Assembly: GCA_965603825.1 (NCBI GenBank)
Contig: CBFDEM010000058.1
Coordinates: 186,001-250,000, forward strand
From: Blepharisma stoltei ATCC 30299
Lineage: Eukaryota; Protista; Ciliophora
Reading direction: 5' to 3'
Length of the DNA stretch: 64,000 nucleotides
Shown: positions 62,203 through 64,000 of the stretch, in pieces
Position numbering within the stretch: the stretch's first letter is position 1
Layout: every line of letters begins with the position of its first letter
Notes under the pieces: model-generated
Told to the model about the DNA's origin: nothing
The model's input: the letters and a program-made list of their open reading frames with translations, nothing else
Databases searched by the model: none
Made by a program: the position numbers and the translations under genes

Positions 62203-63261
62203 ATGGTTGACAGGAGTGTGTCAATGGAAAATTTTACTCTTCTAAGTGTGATCGGCAAAGGTTCATACGGTAAAGTGCTTCTTGTAAGAAAAAAGGACAC
62301 CGGTGAGCTCCTTGCCATGAAAATGCTTAAAAAAGACTACATTGCTAGTCGAAATCAAATAGAACATACCAAAACCGAAAGAAATGTTCTTGAAAAAGTC
62401 AATCATCCATATATCGTTAAACTGAAATACGCTTTTCAAAACCCCAAAAAATTATATTTTGTTCTTGAATATTGTCCAGGAGGCGAGCTTTTCTTTCATC
62501 TTTCAAGAGCGCAAAGATTTGACGAAGCAAGAGCTCGGTTCTATGCTTCTTGTATGGTTTTAGCTCTTGAGCACCTTCACCAGCTTAATATTGTCTATAG
62601 AGAGTAATTGTTACTTAGTCTTAAGCCTGAGAATATTTTAATTGATGCTGACGGATATGCAAAGATAACAGATTTCGGTCTGTCCAAAGAAAATATCACA
62701 GGAAACACTGGGGCAAATTCCTTTTGTGGGACCCCTGAGTATTTAGCACCTGAAGTACTGAGAAAAATTGGGCATGGAAAAGCTGTAGACTGATGGAGTC
62801 TTGGAGCTTTGATATACGAAATGCTAACAGGTCTACCTCCATTTTACACAAGAGATAGAGAAAAGCTGTTCCATAGCATTTTGAATAGTGAATTAAATTT
62901 CCCAGGCTATATTTCACCTCCTGCAAAAGACCTCTTGCAAGGATTATTTATAAAAGACCCATCTCAAAGATTAGGATCTGGCCCAACAGATAGTGAAGAA
63001 ATTAAAAGCCATCCATGGTTTGCAGGAATTGATTGGGTGAAGCTTCTAAACAAAGAATGCCAGCCTTCATTTGTACCAAACGTCATAAGAGATCATGGGT
63101 TAAATAACTTTGAAGAAGAATTCAAAAGACTGCCGCCTGTTGATTCTGCTGGAGCTGAGTCAAAATTGCCAGCCCAAAGTCCAACTTATCAAGGCTTTAG
63201 CTATACTGAGTCAACTGACTTACAGTCAAATGATTTAGAGACCATGGATCTTGAAAGTTAA
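62203..63261 (+). CDS. AGC-family Ser/Thr kinase (Akt/SGK/S6K-like, no PH domain); one 15-nt intron
   Basis: [10 protein letters not shown](D)LKPEN with the Asp codon split by intron 62604-62618, [16 protein letters not shown][TGA]WSLG, and hydrophobic motif YQGFSY. Confidence 0.92.
62604..62618 (+). other. 15-nt intron
   Basis: GTAATTGTTACTTAG; removal recreates the catalytic RDLKPEN. Confidence 0.92.
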
Positions 63262-63294
63262 TTTTTAACTATTTTATGATTTTATATGACAAAA

Positions 63295-63999
63295 TTATTT
63301 ATGACTATGACGATGTCTGTGCTCAAGACTTGCAGCTGAATGCTCTCCAGATCGAATTGAGGCATGAAGTAAAGAATGGTATTGAGCAACCGATGTCTTG
63401 TGAGACGAGCTTCCTTCTGATGTATTTCGTTCTGCACCGTCAGTATGTGATCGGTAAGTCCCACGAATGAAGTGTTCTCTGTCTTCTTTGTGATTATGCT
63501 CTTGATGCTTTTCGTAAAGTCAGGAGATTGCTTTGATAGTACTATCAATTATGTTTGTTTCTTCAGGGTTTGCGTTCACTATTGGTAGTGAAAACACATA
63601 ATCTGTAATTCTTGCAAGGCCTTCAGAAAGATTTTGTATTTCTTCATCTTTTCTTTTAAGCCTTTTTCCTAAGTCTTCATCAATATCTTTTCTTTTGGCT
63701 AATTCTAAAAATCTCTTCTGCAGCAACTCATTTTCTTGAGTTTTTGTATCAAGATCATCCGATATTTTGGCATTGAGAGTTTTCAATAAACTATTTTCCT
63801 CTTTTAATTTTTCATGAATTTTTACTTTTTGGCTCATATTATCATATCCTGAAAGCCTATCATTTTCCTTGTTTAAAACTTCCATGTCTTTTAATATTCT
63901 TGCTTTTTCTTCTCTTATTTGAGAAAGCATTTTTTTGATTTCTTCGTTTTCTTTGACGCTTCGATATTCTTCACTTCTTAGTCTTTTTATTTCTTCTAG
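63295..63999 (-). CDS. 3' end of a coiled-coil protein with an HMMR/KIF15-type C-terminal motif (5' partial)
   Basis: LSGYDNMSQKVKIHEKLKEEN resembles LxGHQNxxQKIxxxxxLKxEN; TGA read-through to TAA 63297-63295. Confidence 0.55.
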
Positions 64000-64000
64000 C

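Noticed and set aside
1-64000. CRISPR arrays, tRNA/rRNA genes, telomeric repeats, transposase or reverse transcriptase ORFs
   Set aside because: None recognised by eye. The DNA is eukaryotic nuclear, and small ncRNAs cannot be excluded without covariance-model searches.

Overview
AT-rich, gene-dense eukaryotic DNA that reads as a heterotrich ciliate macronuclear genome, most likely Blepharisma (inference). UGA codes Trp, with UAA/UAG as stops, and genes carry tiny 15-16-nt GT-AG introns, so the supplied standard-code ORF track fragments most genes. Re-read this way, the window holds about 35 genes. The centrepiece (19.4-35.8 kb) is a co-oriented cyclic-nucleotide signalling block: two tandem ~2120-aa P4-ATPase/guanylyl cyclase fusions, followed by a ~931-aa class I phosphodiesterase. 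That PDE is fused to a pore-less S1-S4 voltage-sensor domain and a 4-TM module with a Cys-rich loop, making it a candidate voltage-sensing PDE. Other notable items: an indoleamine 2,3-dioxygenase; a PP6 with a substituted toxin-binding loop; a cathepsin B array in birth-and-death decay containing a ~200-bp inverted repeat; a pseudo-calpain; an ORC4 with degenerate Walker motifs; and a CAP-BTB-MATH-BACK-CaaX protein. Housekeeping and ciliary genes include Rab1, mtHSP70, TruA, RPL11, RPS13, BBS7, RSPH10B-like and an AGC kinase. All family calls come from motif recognition by eye; no searches were run.
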